64,000 nucleotides of DNA, taken from a virus. Position 1 is the stretch's first letter, and the number at the start of each line of letters is the position of its first letter. The notes under the pieces were generated by a model. It was given only the letters and a program-made list of their open reading frames with translations, made no database searches and had not been told where the DNA came from. The position numbers were made by a program, and so were the translations under genes. This document shows, piece after piece, positions 50,036-59,646 of the stretch. The stretch covers positions 26,504 through 90,503 of IMG/VR virus record IMGVR_UViG_3300021960_006131; one strand, 5' to 3'.

Positions 50036-50587
50036 ATGAATTATGTATTAGCAGTTGCATTAGCAGACGAATTACAGGGTATACAAGGCAACTATAACAC
50101 AATTATTACAGGTGTTGGTAAAATCAATGCCACACTCAAACTCACTGAGTATTTGACAAACAATCCAGATACTGAATTAGTAATTAACTATGGTACAGCA
50201 GGTGGCATTGACCCTAACATGAAGGGAATGTTGCACATTGGAAAATTTGTACAAGCAGATATGGATTGCAGAGCATTTGGTTTTGAACAATTCCAGACAC
50301 CGTTTGAAACAAATACACATGAAATAATAGTTGACAACAAAGGGTTTACATGTTATACTCAAGATAAGTTTGCTACAACCAAACCAGATGGGTATTGTAA
50401 TGTAGTTGATATGGAGGCGTATGCACTTGCAAAAGTGTGTATGCATTTTGATGTAAACTTTAAATGTATGAAGTTTATAAGCGACATCATTGGACAAGGA
50501 GATCAGACATCCGAATGGCAGGCGAATAAAGCATTAGGTGTTGAAATGTTTGAAAGTTCGCTTAAAGACTTAATTGGAGAAAAATAA
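50036..50587 (+). CDS. mtnN: 5'-methylthioadenosine/S-adenosylhomocysteine nucleosidase
   Basis: TGVGKINA, INYGTAG, QADMD, VDMEAYALA and KFISD. Confidence 0.9.
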   Translation: MNYVLAVALADELQGIQGNYNTIITGVGKINATLKLTEYLTNNPDTELVINYGTAGGIDPNMKGMLHIGKFVQADMDCRAFGFEQFQTPFETNTHEIIVDNKGFTCYTQDKFATTKPDGYCNVVDMEAYALAKVCMHFDVNFKCMKFISDIIGQGDQTSEWQANKALGVEMFESSLKDLIGEK

Positions 50588-52584
50588 TGAACGATTTTGA
50601 TAAAAACTTTCACATAAACTTTAGTCCACTATATTTTGCATTTGCATTTATGATGTTCATGCTATGGGCAAGTGAGGCGAAGGCCAGTGACATAGAAGAA
50701 GTTATAGTAGTTGCTCAACAAGAAAGAACAGTTGAAGCAGACCCAGTAATTAACAGTAGACTGGTCGATGCTATAATGCCTATTTTTACTTATAACCCAG
50801 GGGGTTATGGTGGCTTTATAGGATATAACGAACGTGGTGCTCAAACAGTACACACATCAGTTATAGTAAACGGTATACCTGCTAACGACCCAGGAGCAAG
50901 TTGGTATGACTTTGGACATGACTTTGCCAGTGGACAAAGTGTAAAAGTTGTTACTGGTGCTAACGGTGTGCTGTATGGCAGTGGCAGTATTGCTGGTACT
51001 GTATTAATACAAGACACAATAGAACACGGACTCACTGTCAGAGGCGGCGATCAAAAATATCACAGAGTGGCCCCTATTGATCAATTAGAATTCAGTATGG
51101 TAGATGCCAGTATGGTCAGTGCTAGGAACGACAACGACGAAGAAGACAATTACAAAAATAAAACTGCTAGATTTAATGTTGACGCAGGTGACTTTACTAT
51201 TGTAGGGAAATACTCTGAATACGAATACGATTACGACAACTGTTATGATTATGACTGGGGTCAAAGTAACGACTGCTTACAAGACGGAACAAGATATAAC
51301 ATTGCTATTCGAAATGATTTAATGACAATTGGTAGAAATTACAATACTGCTAATTATTTTACAGTAGAAGATCCTACATACAGCAACGAAAGTTATAGAG
51401 ACTTTGTGAGATTTGGCGGTGATGCTAAACTCAGTAACAAGATAGAAATTGCTTACGGTATAGATGCTGAAAAAATTTATTACAATACTAACAGTTGGCA
51501 GAACATAGAAGGCACCATGGTTGTGGAAACAGAAATCACAGAACCAGGTATATGGTATGCAGAAGCCGACACAAACAAAGTCAGACCAATGTGGACAGGT
51601 ATCTATATTGGTACTGGTGAATTCAATAGCGAAACTGTTGGCGATGGTGTTTTCACACTCACCGAAGTCAAAGAAAAATACACGGATGAGAATGCCGGTG
51701 CTTACTTTACAGTAAACGCAGACTTTATTTTCAGTTACAACTTTGGATTTAGAGTAGGCAATGACGATCAAAATGCTTACCGATTTGGTATAGAAAATGG
51801 TCCATGGTTCTTTAACATGGGCGACAGTTTTAGAAAACCTAACTTATATGAATTAAATGGCGACGGATTTGTAACAGGCAATCCAAACTTACTGCCTGAA
51901 CAAGGAGTTGGTTACGAACTCGGCTACGGTGCTATTAGTATATTTAGATACGAATTTGAAGAATCAATTGAGTATGTGCCAAGTGTTACCACAGACTTCA
52001 CAACCACAAGCATAGTTTTTGATGCTGAAGCAACTTTAAATCAAATAGGAACAAATCCTGAGGCACCGGACCCAACTTATGTTTCGTGTGTGTTAAATCC
52101 AAACTGGACTGCCAACGACGAAGCAACATTTGAACTGCCTGGGTGCATATATAAAACTGTGTCTACTGTTAATCAAATATATACTGCTCCTACATACAGT
52201 AACACAGGCGAATATGTTACACAAGGAATTAGATTTAATAATGTGTTTGGACCTGTTACTGTAAACCTAAAATGGACTGACACAGAACAACCACGTGTGC
52301 CTGAATATGCCGGAGCAATTACAGTGAATCAAAACTTCAAAGGGGTTGACTTTAGATTACATTATGCTGTAAACTTAAATCGTAAACCAGGTGAATGGGA
52401 TTTTATCGAAGATGAATATCTTGAAGACTTAGAAAGACTGGATATTAATATCACTAAAAGGTTTGCAAATGGTGTAACACTTTCTTTGAACGTGGAAAAT
52501 CTCACAGACGAAGTTGTTGAAGTTGTGCCGTTTTACAATAGCACACAAAGACAAACAACACTAGTGTTAGATTACAAATGGTAA
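50587..52584 (+). CDS. TonB-dependent outer-membrane receptor (BtuB-like plug)
   Basis: Signal-peptide-like segment ending A-K-A; TonB-box-like EEVIVVA; plug motifs ERGAQTVHTSVIVNGIPAND and VVTGANGVLYGSGSIAGTV; SFRKPNLYEL...GNPNLLPE; NVENLTDE; C-terminal LDYKW. Confidence 0.88.
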   Translation: MNDFDKNFHINFSPLYFAFAFMMFMLWASEAKASDIEEVIVVAQQERTVEADPVINSRLVDAIMPIFTYNPGGYGGFIGYNERGAQTVHTSVIVNGIPANDPGASWYDFGHDFASGQSVKVVTGANGVLYGSGSIAGTVLIQDTIEHGLTVRGGDQKYHRVAPIDQLEFSMVDASMVSARNDNDEEDNYKNKTARFNVDAGDFTIVGKYSEYEYDYDNCYDYDWGQSNDCLQDGTRYNIAIRNDLMTIGRNYNTANYFTVEDPTYSNESYRDFVRFGGDAKLSNKIEIAYGIDAEKIYYNTNSWQNIEGTMVVETEITEPGIWYAEADTNKVRPMWTGIYIGTGEFNSETVGDGVFTLTEVKEKYTDENAGAYFTVNADFIFSYNFGFRVGNDDQNAYRFGIENGPWFFNMGDSFRKPNLYELNGDGFVTGNPNLLPEQGVGYELGYGAISIFRYEFEESIEYVPSVTTDFTTTSIVFDAEATLNQIGTNPEAPDPTYVSCVLNPNWTANDEATFELPGCIYKTVSTVNQIYTAPTYSNTGEYVTQGIRFNNVFGPVTVNLKWTDTEQPRVPEYAGAITVNQNFKGVDFRLHYAVNLNRKPGEWDFIEDEYLEDLERLDINITKRFANGVTLSLNVENLTDEVVEVVPFYNSTQRQTTLVLDYKW

Positions 52585-52621
52585 AAATATCATATTTTGA
52601 TTTCATAAAGCAAGTTTTATA

Positions 52622-52628
52622 GTAAATA
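52622..52628 (+). promoter_or_regulatory. Possible late promoter GTAAATA
   Basis: Intergenic, upstream of a TAGGA SD and the ATG at 52660. Confidence 0.5.
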
Positions 52629-52659
52629 CAAGTATATCATTTAACAACATAGGACCAAA

Positions 52660-52923
52660 ATGAAAACTGATAGAATTATTAAAAAAATAGTTTCTACATT
52701 CAAAGAATTAGAAGCAAAAGCAGACGATCTTAATAACGCATCTGGCGTAACCTTTATACACCCGTTAATGCAAAGAGATAGACGAGGCAAGTTTGATAGT
52801 TTGGGATTTTATAATTCTAAAACAAAAAAATATGCAATCGTTTTTATTATAGATTATATTGCAAGAACAGTAGATAACATACCTGAGTTAGACGAAATGA
52901 GAAGCGTCGTAGTCAGCAAATGA
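52660..52923 (+). CDS. Hypothetical protein
   Basis: 87-aa ORF with SD; ATGA overlap with the next gene. Confidence 0.75.
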   Translation: MKTDRIIKKIVSTFKELEAKADDLNNASGVTFIHPLMQRDRRGKFDSLGFYNSKTKKYAIVFIIDYIARTVDNIPELDEMRSVVVSK

Positions 52924-53132
52924 CCGATACAGTAACAAAAAAATTCACTAACAACACTTTAGAAGAAGAATTAAGAACTATGCTTGTTGAAAAAAATAAC
53001 GAGTGTAACAATCTAAGAAGTCGAATTGAAATGTTAGAAAAGTCTGTTGCAGAAGAGCAAGAGCAAAAGTACAGAGCATTAATAAAAGCGGCTGACTTAC
53101 AAAGCGAGTTGAATAAACTTAAATTAAAGTAA
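52920..53132 (+). CDS. Small coiled-coil protein
   Basis: Heptad pattern LEEELRTML...LRSRIEMLEKSV...LQSELNKL. Confidence 0.7.
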   Translation: MTDTVTKKFTNNTLEEELRTMLVEKNNECNNLRSRIEMLEKSVAEEQEQKYRALIKAADLQSELNKLKLK

Positions 53133-53937
53133 ATAAATTTGCTTCGGCACTTCTTCTATTAAATAGAAATGTACTGATACCCATAGAGGCCTTTAATGGT
53201 ATTTCTGCAAACTCCATAAAATATGTAGCACACTGATAGTCACCACTATTTAAACATTTGACTATTTTGCTAGTTGTGAATTTTTCATTACCTATATCAA
53301 ATGCCAATGATAATAATGCTGTAAACTGATTATTATTTACAGGTACTTTGATTTTATCAGCAACAATATTAAATGCAATTTGTAAATCCAAAGAAAGCAA
53401 TCTGTTAATTAATTCTGGTCTAGCACCGTTAACTAAACTGTAAACGTAAAAATTATTTTGTTCATCATAAACTGCAATAGAACGATTTGCTCTTGCGTAA
53501 TCTATAACTCCATTTCTTATAAGCATTGTTCCTTTTAGAAAAGGATGATTTTTTCTTATGATTTTTGCAACATCAGGATGATCCAATTTTAGCATAGTCG
53601 AATCATTAAATGCCAAAAGCATATTAGATATCTCTGCTTCTTGTAACTTATGTCCTATGCCTATTACTGTTTCATTGCCAACTTGCGTGGGTGTTATACT
53701 TGAAGGATAATTTGTCTTGATAAACTCTCTTGCTTTTTTTAATACAATATTAGGTATGATGTTATTTGTATAATTAAAAACAGGAACGGTGTCTCTGGTT
53801 TTTTTGTAAGATGCTATTTTATAATCATTGCCTTCAAAATACTGACCTTCAAAATATGCATCTGGAGTGCAATAGTTTAAAGGAACTGTGTCGCTAGAGT
53901 CGAGTTGGCCTATTACTAAATCATCAATGTATGCCAT
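53119..53937 (-). CDS. GH24 lysozyme-like protein, apparently degenerate, baseplate-associated
   Basis: TVIGIGH, VPVNNNQFTALLSLAFDIG and RRSAEANLF. True start is likely 53937 (TAATG overlap with the gp5-like gene). Confidence 0.72.
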   Translation of the reverse strand: MAYIDDLVIGQLDSSDTVPLNYCTPDAYFEGQYFEGNDYKIASYKKTRDTVPVFNYTNNIIPNIVLKKAREFIKTNYPSSITPTQVGNETVIGIGHKLQEAEISNMLLAFNDSTMLKLDHPDVAKIIRKNHPFLKGTMLIRNGVIDYARANRSIAVYDEQNNFYVYSLVNGARPELINRLLSLDLQIAFNIVADKIKVPVNNNQFTALLSLAFDIGNEKFTTSKIVKCLNSGDYQCATYFMEFAEIPLKASMGISTFLFNRRSAEANLFTLI

Positions 53938-55553
53938 TATTTGTTCCTGCGTGAAGGACTTGGCTCTATGCCAGGCCATCTAGTAATAATTGTGTTGATT
54001 TTTTTATCAAATAACAATAACGGTGTTAATGGACTTCTGCCCTGTTCTGCTCTTTTGGGATAACCACCTGATAGTATTCCTGCTAGTTCAAACGACAATA
54101 ATGTATTTGTTGTGGTTGTTGTGTCAATACCTGTAAGATTTGGCACAACTGGTAAAGGTGGTAGAGTAGGTAATGTTGTTGTTTGTATATCAACTGTGCC
54201 ACCTGCATTTACATAAGTGTTTGTTGTACCTAATATATGTGTATGGGTAGTAGAAAAAATATCTACGTCGCCCATTGATTTTATTTGTAGTGTGGGTTCT
54301 GATGGTGGATTATTAGCAGATGCCGGTGCGGCTATTTCTACCTGTGTTCCTGCCATGTGTACTTTGTTATCGCCAAATAATTGCAAACTACCTGGCATTG
54401 TGGTGCCAGAAGTTGTAAATAATCTAGGCCTTGCTTCTATGCTGATAGCATTAGAATACATATTAATATCTTTTACGCCTTCAATGTTTACACTACCATT
54501 ATTCAACACATCTTGATATTTTGGATTTAGGTAGGCTAACTCCTCTATATCTACCACACCTTTTTCTGTTTCTTCTCTATCTTCAGGGTGTGGATAGTTG
54601 TTAGCGGCTTTGATATTAACATTTTGTCCTGCTTCTATGTTTACATTTTTGTCTGCTCTGAGATTCATATCACCAGATGTTCTGACATTGTAACTGCCTG
54701 TACCGTAAATGTCTATGTTACCGTCAGCATCTATTTCTATGTGGCCAGTACCTGATTTATTTGATATGTATATTAAATTTTCTGCATCGTTGAGAACAAT
54801 TTGATTTCCGCCACCGGTACGAATTCTTATGTGCGGGTTATCATTGTTATCATCCATTACTAATTGATGCCCTGGATGTCTTCTTCTTGGATCTTTAGGA
54901 TTCTTAGGTCCAGGTGTTAAAATACCATATACCTCACTTGCTCCTTCTCTTCTTGCTCCACTGGTGCTTTGCCCTCGTATAAAGTCATCGATCAATCCTT
55001 GTGAGAACAACACACTTTCTAATTCATGCATTGGTCTGCTGTCTGCTTTGACTTTTATGTTTTTAACAGAGCCTGTATATTCCACATTGTGATCTTTGAT
55101 ATTAGAATTCATATTGGCTTCATTTACTGGTGTGACTCCGCCAACGGATTTACCTGCTGGTATACCTGGCACCATGAAGTTTCGTTGTTGTTGGAAAAAA
55201 CAACCTAACACAATAGCAACCTTTGATTTGGTGTTATCGTCTATGGAAAATCCTACCACCACTTGGTTCTCTGGATCAGGTGGTCTCATCCACATTCCAT
55301 AACTGGTCTGACTGACTTCTGGAGAATCCTTGCTGTCTACTCCCGTAGGGGGAGTTGCTCCAGCAAATGGTGATGCCCACTTACATTGAAATAATGCATC
55401 AGCACTTGCATCTGTGCCTGTTATTTCAGGAATGTGTACCCACATGTATCCATTTCTTGTGGGATCGTCTGTGCTTTTTACTGTGCCAATGTACAATGTA
55501 CCACCTGAACTAACAGCACTATCGACTTTGTTTTTATATTTTGATGGTATCAT
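53937..55553 (-). CDS. gp5: Baseplate central spike, gp5/VgrG-like
   Basis: OB-fold-like IGTVK..DDPTRNGYMWVHIP, SPFAG, SYGMWMRPPD; GHQLVMDD...IRTGGGNQI; beta-helix-like repeats. Confidence 0.78.
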   Translation of the reverse strand: MIPSKYKNKVDSAVSSGGTLYIGTVKSTDDPTRNGYMWVHIPEITGTDASADALFQCKWASPFAGATPPTGVDSKDSPEVSQTSYGMWMRPPDPENQVVVGFSIDDNTKSKVAIVLGCFFQQQRNFMVPGIPAGKSVGGVTPVNEANMNSNIKDHNVEYTGSVKNIKVKADSRPMHELESVLFSQGLIDDFIRGQSTSGARREGASEVYGILTPGPKNPKDPRRRHPGHQLVMDDNNDNPHIRIRTGGGNQIVLNDAENLIYISNKSGTGHIEIDADGNIDIYGTGSYNVRTSGDMNLRADKNVNIEAGQNVNIKAANNYPHPEDREETEKGVVDIEELAYLNPKYQDVLNNGSVNIEGVKDINMYSNAISIEARPRLFTTSGTTMPGSLQLFGDNKVHMAGTQVEIAAPASANNPPSEPTLQIKSMGDVDIFSTTHTHILGTTNTYVNAGGTVDIQTTTLPTLPPLPVVPNLTGIDTTTTTNTLLSFELAGILSGGYPKRAEQGRSPLTPLLLFDKKINTIITRWPGIEPSPSRRNK

Positions 55554-55558
55554 AAGTC

Positions 55559-55565
55559 TATTTAT
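55559..55565 (-). promoter_or_regulatory. Late promoter ATAAATA
   Basis: ATAAATA-GACTT-ATG, overlapping the upstream stop codon. Confidence 0.6.
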
Positions 55566-58500
55566 TACGTCCCTGGATCAAATGCAGGGTTGTTTCCGCC
55601 GCCGGCTTGGCCGCCTGTGTTACTAGGTCTCACACCTCTAACACCTGTGCCAGGTATTATTCCATTTGGGGTTCCTAGACCTTCAAACCTGTTTTCCAAA
55701 AGATTTGACAGTGATGCATTTACATCAGTGGCTATGGCAACGGGATTATTTTCTATTTTTTCAGTGTTCTCTTCTGCTTTTTCTTCTGCTATTTCTTCTG
55801 CTTTTTCTTTTCTTAATTCCACTATGGGTAGTTGTCCTTTATATACTTGCTTTAATGCATTTAATGTTTGTGTAAACTTTCCTCCTGCAAATTGGTGTTG
55901 TACTTGATATACTTGAAACTGCCCAGAAAATGATTTATTCATGCTGAGATCTGTTATTTCACCAGTGTGCGTATTTTGGTCATCGCTCCACATGTCATAT
56001 TCTCTGGGAAATAGATATGCAAAAAAGAAACTGACTTCCCCTATTCCATATGGAGCGGTATTTGTTTCTTTGGCTGTGTTTCTTACTGCACCAATATCAT
56101 TTTCTAAATCTCCTAAAAATTGCTTGCCTTGTGTCATAGTATATTGTTTATTTTTAATACTGTCAATTGGCATTCCTAACCAGTATGGATCTCCTTTGAT
56201 TTCTAGACTGGTTTTAACCATGTATGGTGCACCTACTGTAGAATTAGATAACATGGTGCTGAAAATACTTCTGTTTGCAAATTTTGATGCTGGACCTACT
56301 AATCCTGTTTCACGATTTAAGACACCACTATAACTTGTATCTGCTACACCAAGAGGTTTAGGCTGAAATGTGCTAGGGTCCACGTCAATCATATAACTGT
56401 TATTATCAAATTCAAACTCTTCCATGTAGGTATTTTCTATGGTACTTACTGATTGAGTAACAGTTGATCCTCCAGGATTAAAACCAGGTGGAGTACTGTC
56501 GGTATTAGTATCTACAGCATCGGATGTGTACTTGTCTGTTGCTTTTTTGGCTTCATCAAGTAATGCATTTGTGTTGATCCCAAACTGGTCAATGCCCAGG
56601 TCCCCAGTTGTAGATTCTATCTTGTCAATGAAATCATTTATACCTGCACCTATGGCACTCAATTTACTGTCAATGACATCAAACGGTGTGAATGCCTTAG
56701 ACATAATTTTGCTTATTTGTTCATCTATTGTTTCGCTGATTGCTCCTTGTATTTTTTCTTGCAATTCTGTTATAGAATTAGTTAATGTAGATACCTCATC
56801 AGTTAAATTTGTTACACTCTCTAATTTTTGTAAAACTGCTACTGGCGAACTTGGTAACCTTGCGTTCACCATTCTTACTTTGCCAACCTTACTTGATATG
56901 CCGTCTGGTTTATTGCCTTTGGCAAGTGCCGCTAAATCTTGTGTGATTGTTATTGGTAACATTGCCAATGATGTGATTGTTGATTTTAACTCTGTTGCTA
57001 TTTTGGCAAATTTATCCAATATCTCTTTTTCTGTTGCTGGATTGTCCCCAGCCTCTTTTTTGTCTGTTTTATCTATTGCCTTATTGCTTGGGGCCGCGGC
57101 TGGTGATAGTGTATAATTTGATTGCTTGCCTCCTTTACCTGGAAATAAATACCTAACGCCATATTCCTGTTTTAAATCAACATCAATTATTTGATCATTT
57201 AGACCAGTATATGTATATGCATAAAATTTTGATACATCTCTGTCTTGGGCGGCTTTAGTAATCTTATCGTTATACTTGTTGTCTTCTATATTTAACTCTG
57301 CAGGATCTATCACAATCGCAGAATCTAACTTACCTGTTAAATTATAAGTGTATGTTAATGCAAGTTTATTATCAGACTTAAAAGATTTACCATCCCATTC
57401 TGTAGTTACATAAACATCAGGAACTAGATATTGCGTCTTGTCCTCATTCAAAGTTTTTGGATCAAACTCCGAACTTTCAGGAGCCACATCATATCTGCCA
57501 CAATGTTTACAAAAGTCAGAATTAAGGCTTGCCAGTGATATCATTACATCTTCGACCTTTGTGTTTTTGGGTATATTAACTGTTATAGTCTTACCAGAGT
57601 TTCCGTCATTTCCTGTATCGGCCTGTCCGCTTTGATCTTTTTCTTTTACTTGCGAAATAGTACTTTCATTGGTATTTGGTTTTATTTTTTTAATATCTAG
57701 GTTTCCAGTATAATCATCATCAATTTTAAGTACCTCAAATATATCTTTCAATCCAGGCATTCCATGACTTGCTAATTTATATACTCCTATATCAAAACTT
57801 GGTTTTTTGTTATCACTGCTTTCGCTCTTTTGTGTTTGTATTGATTGTTGTTTATCTTTCATTTGTTTAGAAAAATCAGCCAATAGTTCGTTGACTGTTG
57901 AACCGGATATCGTTAATTCTTCGGGTGCTGTTTCAACTGTGGTATCTGCCACAGGAGCAAAGTTATGTATAGGCACACATCTAACTTCGTAAGTTGTGCC
58001 TTGTTTTGCTCCATCCATCTCAAAGTCTATTAGTCGTATAGGATATGCATTGTGATAAAATACTTCACCTAACTCGGCACTCTCACTACTATTTTCAAAA
58101 TTGTCTTTTTGTCCGATTAATTCTATTTCCAATAACAAAGGCATTTGTTGTATAGGCGGATTTTTTGCTAGGTTAAGATCTTTGTTTAATTCATACATTG
58201 TCCTATTCAGCAAATCAATAAACGACATGCCAAACGGCTCTAACAACGAAAAACTTAAAACAAATGGATAAATTCTGTTCCCTCGTAAATTTTTAGGAGC
58301 AGTTTTACTCACAACAGATGATATCTGCAAATTGTCTATTTGAAATTTTGTTACACCAGTTTGTGCTATGATGATTCTGGCGCCACCTGAACCGCCCTTA
58401 CCTACATTAAGATCCAAATTCACTTGAGGATTTTGATGAAACGAAAAGGGCAACATACTTAAAGTTAATTTGTATGTATACGAATAGTACGAATCAACAG

Positions 58501-58588
58501 TATTGTCTACGATATTCTGTCTAACACCGTCTGGAATAAATCTTTTTAGATACTCCCCTGCATCTGGTCCTTGAGTTTCTTGAGCCAT
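55565..58588 (-). CDS. Baseplate hub protein (gp27/GPD-like) with a central helical insertion
   Basis: C-terminal LEIKGDPYWL and FSGQFQVYQVQHQFAGGKFTQTL; lies between the gp53-like and gp5-like genes. Confidence 0.65.
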   Translation of the reverse strand: MAQETQGPDAGEYLKRFIPDGVRQNIVDNTVDSYYSYTYKLTLSMLPFSFHQNPQVNLDLNVGKGGSGGARIIIAQTGVTKFQIDNLQISSVVSKTAPKNLRGNRIYPFVLSFSLLEPFGMSFIDLLNRTMYELNKDLNLAKNPPIQQMPLLLEIELIGQKDNFENSSESAELGEVFYHNAYPIRLIDFEMDGAKQGTTYEVRCVPIHNFAPVADTTVETAPEELTISGSTVNELLADFSKQMKDKQQSIQTQKSESSDNKKPSFDIGVYKLASHGMPGLKDIFEVLKIDDDYTGNLDIKKIKPNTNESTISQVKEKDQSGQADTGNDGNSGKTITVNIPKNTKVEDVMISLASLNSDFCKHCGRYDVAPESSEFDPKTLNEDKTQYLVPDVYVTTEWDGKSFKSDNKLALTYTYNLTGKLDSAIVIDPAELNIEDNKYNDKITKAAQDRDVSKFYAYTYTGLNDQIIDVDLKQEYGVRYLFPGKGGKQSNYTLSPAAAPSNKAIDKTDKKEAGDNPATEKEILDKFAKIATELKSTITSLAMLPITITQDLAALAKGNKPDGISSKVGKVRMVNARLPSSPVAVLQKLESVTNLTDEVSTLTNSITELQEKIQGAISETIDEQISKIMSKAFTPFDVIDSKLSAIGAGINDFIDKIESTTGDLGIDQFGINTNALLDEAKKATDKYTSDAVDTNTDSTPPGFNPGGSTVTQSVSTIENTYMEEFEFDNNSYMIDVDPSTFQPKPLGVADTSYSGVLNRETGLVGPASKFANRSIFSTMLSNSTVGAPYMVKTSLEIKGDPYWLGMPIDSIKNKQYTMTQGKQFLGDLENDIGAVRNTAKETNTAPYGIGEVSFFFAYLFPREYDMWSDDQNTHTGEITDLSMNKSFSGQFQVYQVQHQFAGGKFTQTLNALKQVYKGQLPIVELRKEKAEEIAEEKAEENTEKIENNPVAIATDVNASLSNLLENRFEGLGTPNGIIPGTGVRGVRPSNTGGQAGGGNNPAFDPGT

Positions 58589-58589
58589 A

Positions 58590-58895
58590 TTAATTACCGC
58601 TTACTTGAACTGCTCGGTCTCTGCTAATTAGCCTTATCACTTTGCCTTCAGAGAAATCTGTTAATGGATCTTTGATAATTTCCAAGTTACTTAATGCTAA
58701 TACCCACCATAATTCTGGAGTACCAAATTTATCATTTGCTAATAAGTCTGGCCTGTTAGCATACTTTTTTGTGATTAAGAATTTTTTATCTGTTAAAGAT
58801 TTTTCAATTGCAGGTAAGTTCATGTAATTCAGTCCTGTATAAAAAGACATATTACTTGCGTTTTTTAAAAAACTATTTTTGTTGTATTGCGCCAT
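58590..58895 (-). CDS. gp53: Baseplate wedge protein, gp53-like (LysM-related)
   Basis: YANRPDLLANDKFGTPELWWVLALSN...DPL.DF..G. Confidence 0.82.
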   Translation of the reverse strand: MAQYNKNSFLKNASNMSFYTGLNYMNLPAIEKSLTDKKFLITKKYANRPDLLANDKFGTPELWWVLALSNLEIIKDPLTDFSEGKVIRLISRDRAVQVSGN

Positions 58896-59617
58896 TAAAT
58901 AAATCCTATATTTTTGCCCTGTCGCATTGCATCTAGATTAAATCCTCGTCTTATTCTTCTTGGAGAATACTGCGGTAAGCATGTTATTGTCATATCTATA
59001 TCTGTAGGTACATAAGTCACAGAAGCACTACCTCCTTCGGAATCTTCTGATTTAAATGCACTAACATGAAATTTATTGCTGGCAATTCTCGGATGAGCGA
59101 CTGGAATATAATCTACATTGTTAACCATTATATAGTTGACGTCATTAATAACAACTGGTACTCGGTCAAAACCGTGCGGTCCTAAATAACTGAATTCTAA
59201 TACCGGTGGCGGTCTGCCAACTTTGTCGTTTGTTACTGCCATTTCACCAAATTGTGCTTTGGTAGATACTTTTAAAAATTGCATCATTGCTAAAAGATAT
59301 CTGGCTTCTTCTTGGTTTGTACACGAGTATTGCACCTGTATGGGTAAAGTAGGAGGAGTACTGCTCATATATGTGTGCAACGGATAATTTGATCCTTGGA
59401 ATGTTTGTGTATCATATGTGGCCGCATACGCAATAAACATACTTGGTTGGTATTGAAAAACAATTCCTCTGTCCTGCTTTAGTGGAAACATCATGTCGTC
59501 CTCTTTGTCTTCGTCTTCCTTTCCAAAAAACTCGTCAACATTGGCTCGCATAACCTGTAGCCGTGCTCTCCAATCAATATCTAAAGTTTTGTTCTTTCCT
59601 ATTTCACTTGTAGCCAT
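58895..59617 (-). CDS. Tail tube initiator / baseplate protein (gp48/gp54-like)
   Basis: GIVFQYQP, SNYP, GRPPPVLEFSYLG..F..VPVVI, and VTYVPT; synteny with baseplate genes. Confidence 0.65.
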   Translation of the reverse strand: MATSEIGKNKTLDIDWRARLQVMRANVDEFFGKEDEDKEDDMMFPLKQDRGIVFQYQPSMFIAYAATYDTQTFQGSNYPLHTYMSSTPPTLPIQVQYSCTNQEEARYLLAMMQFLKVSTKAQFGEMAVTNDKVGRPPPVLEFSYLGPHGFDRVPVVINDVNYIMVNNVDYIPVAHPRIASNKFHVSAFKSEDSEGGSASVTYVPTDIDMTITCLPQYSPRRIRRGFNLDAMRQGKNIGFI

Positions 59618-59638
59618 TATATCTCCTAATGTAATATG

Positions 59639-59646
59639 TATTTATC
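59639..59646 (-). promoter_or_regulatory. Late promoter GATAAATA
   Basis: Heads the baseplate operon and is followed by an AGGAG SD. Confidence 0.75.

Noticed and set aside
53937-53979. 43-nt overlap suggesting a programmed frameshift fusing gp5 and lysozyme
   Set aside because: Better explained by a start at 53937 with a TAATG stop-start overlap, as at 20775, 44727, 48950, 50587, 58895 and 63386; no slippery site seen.
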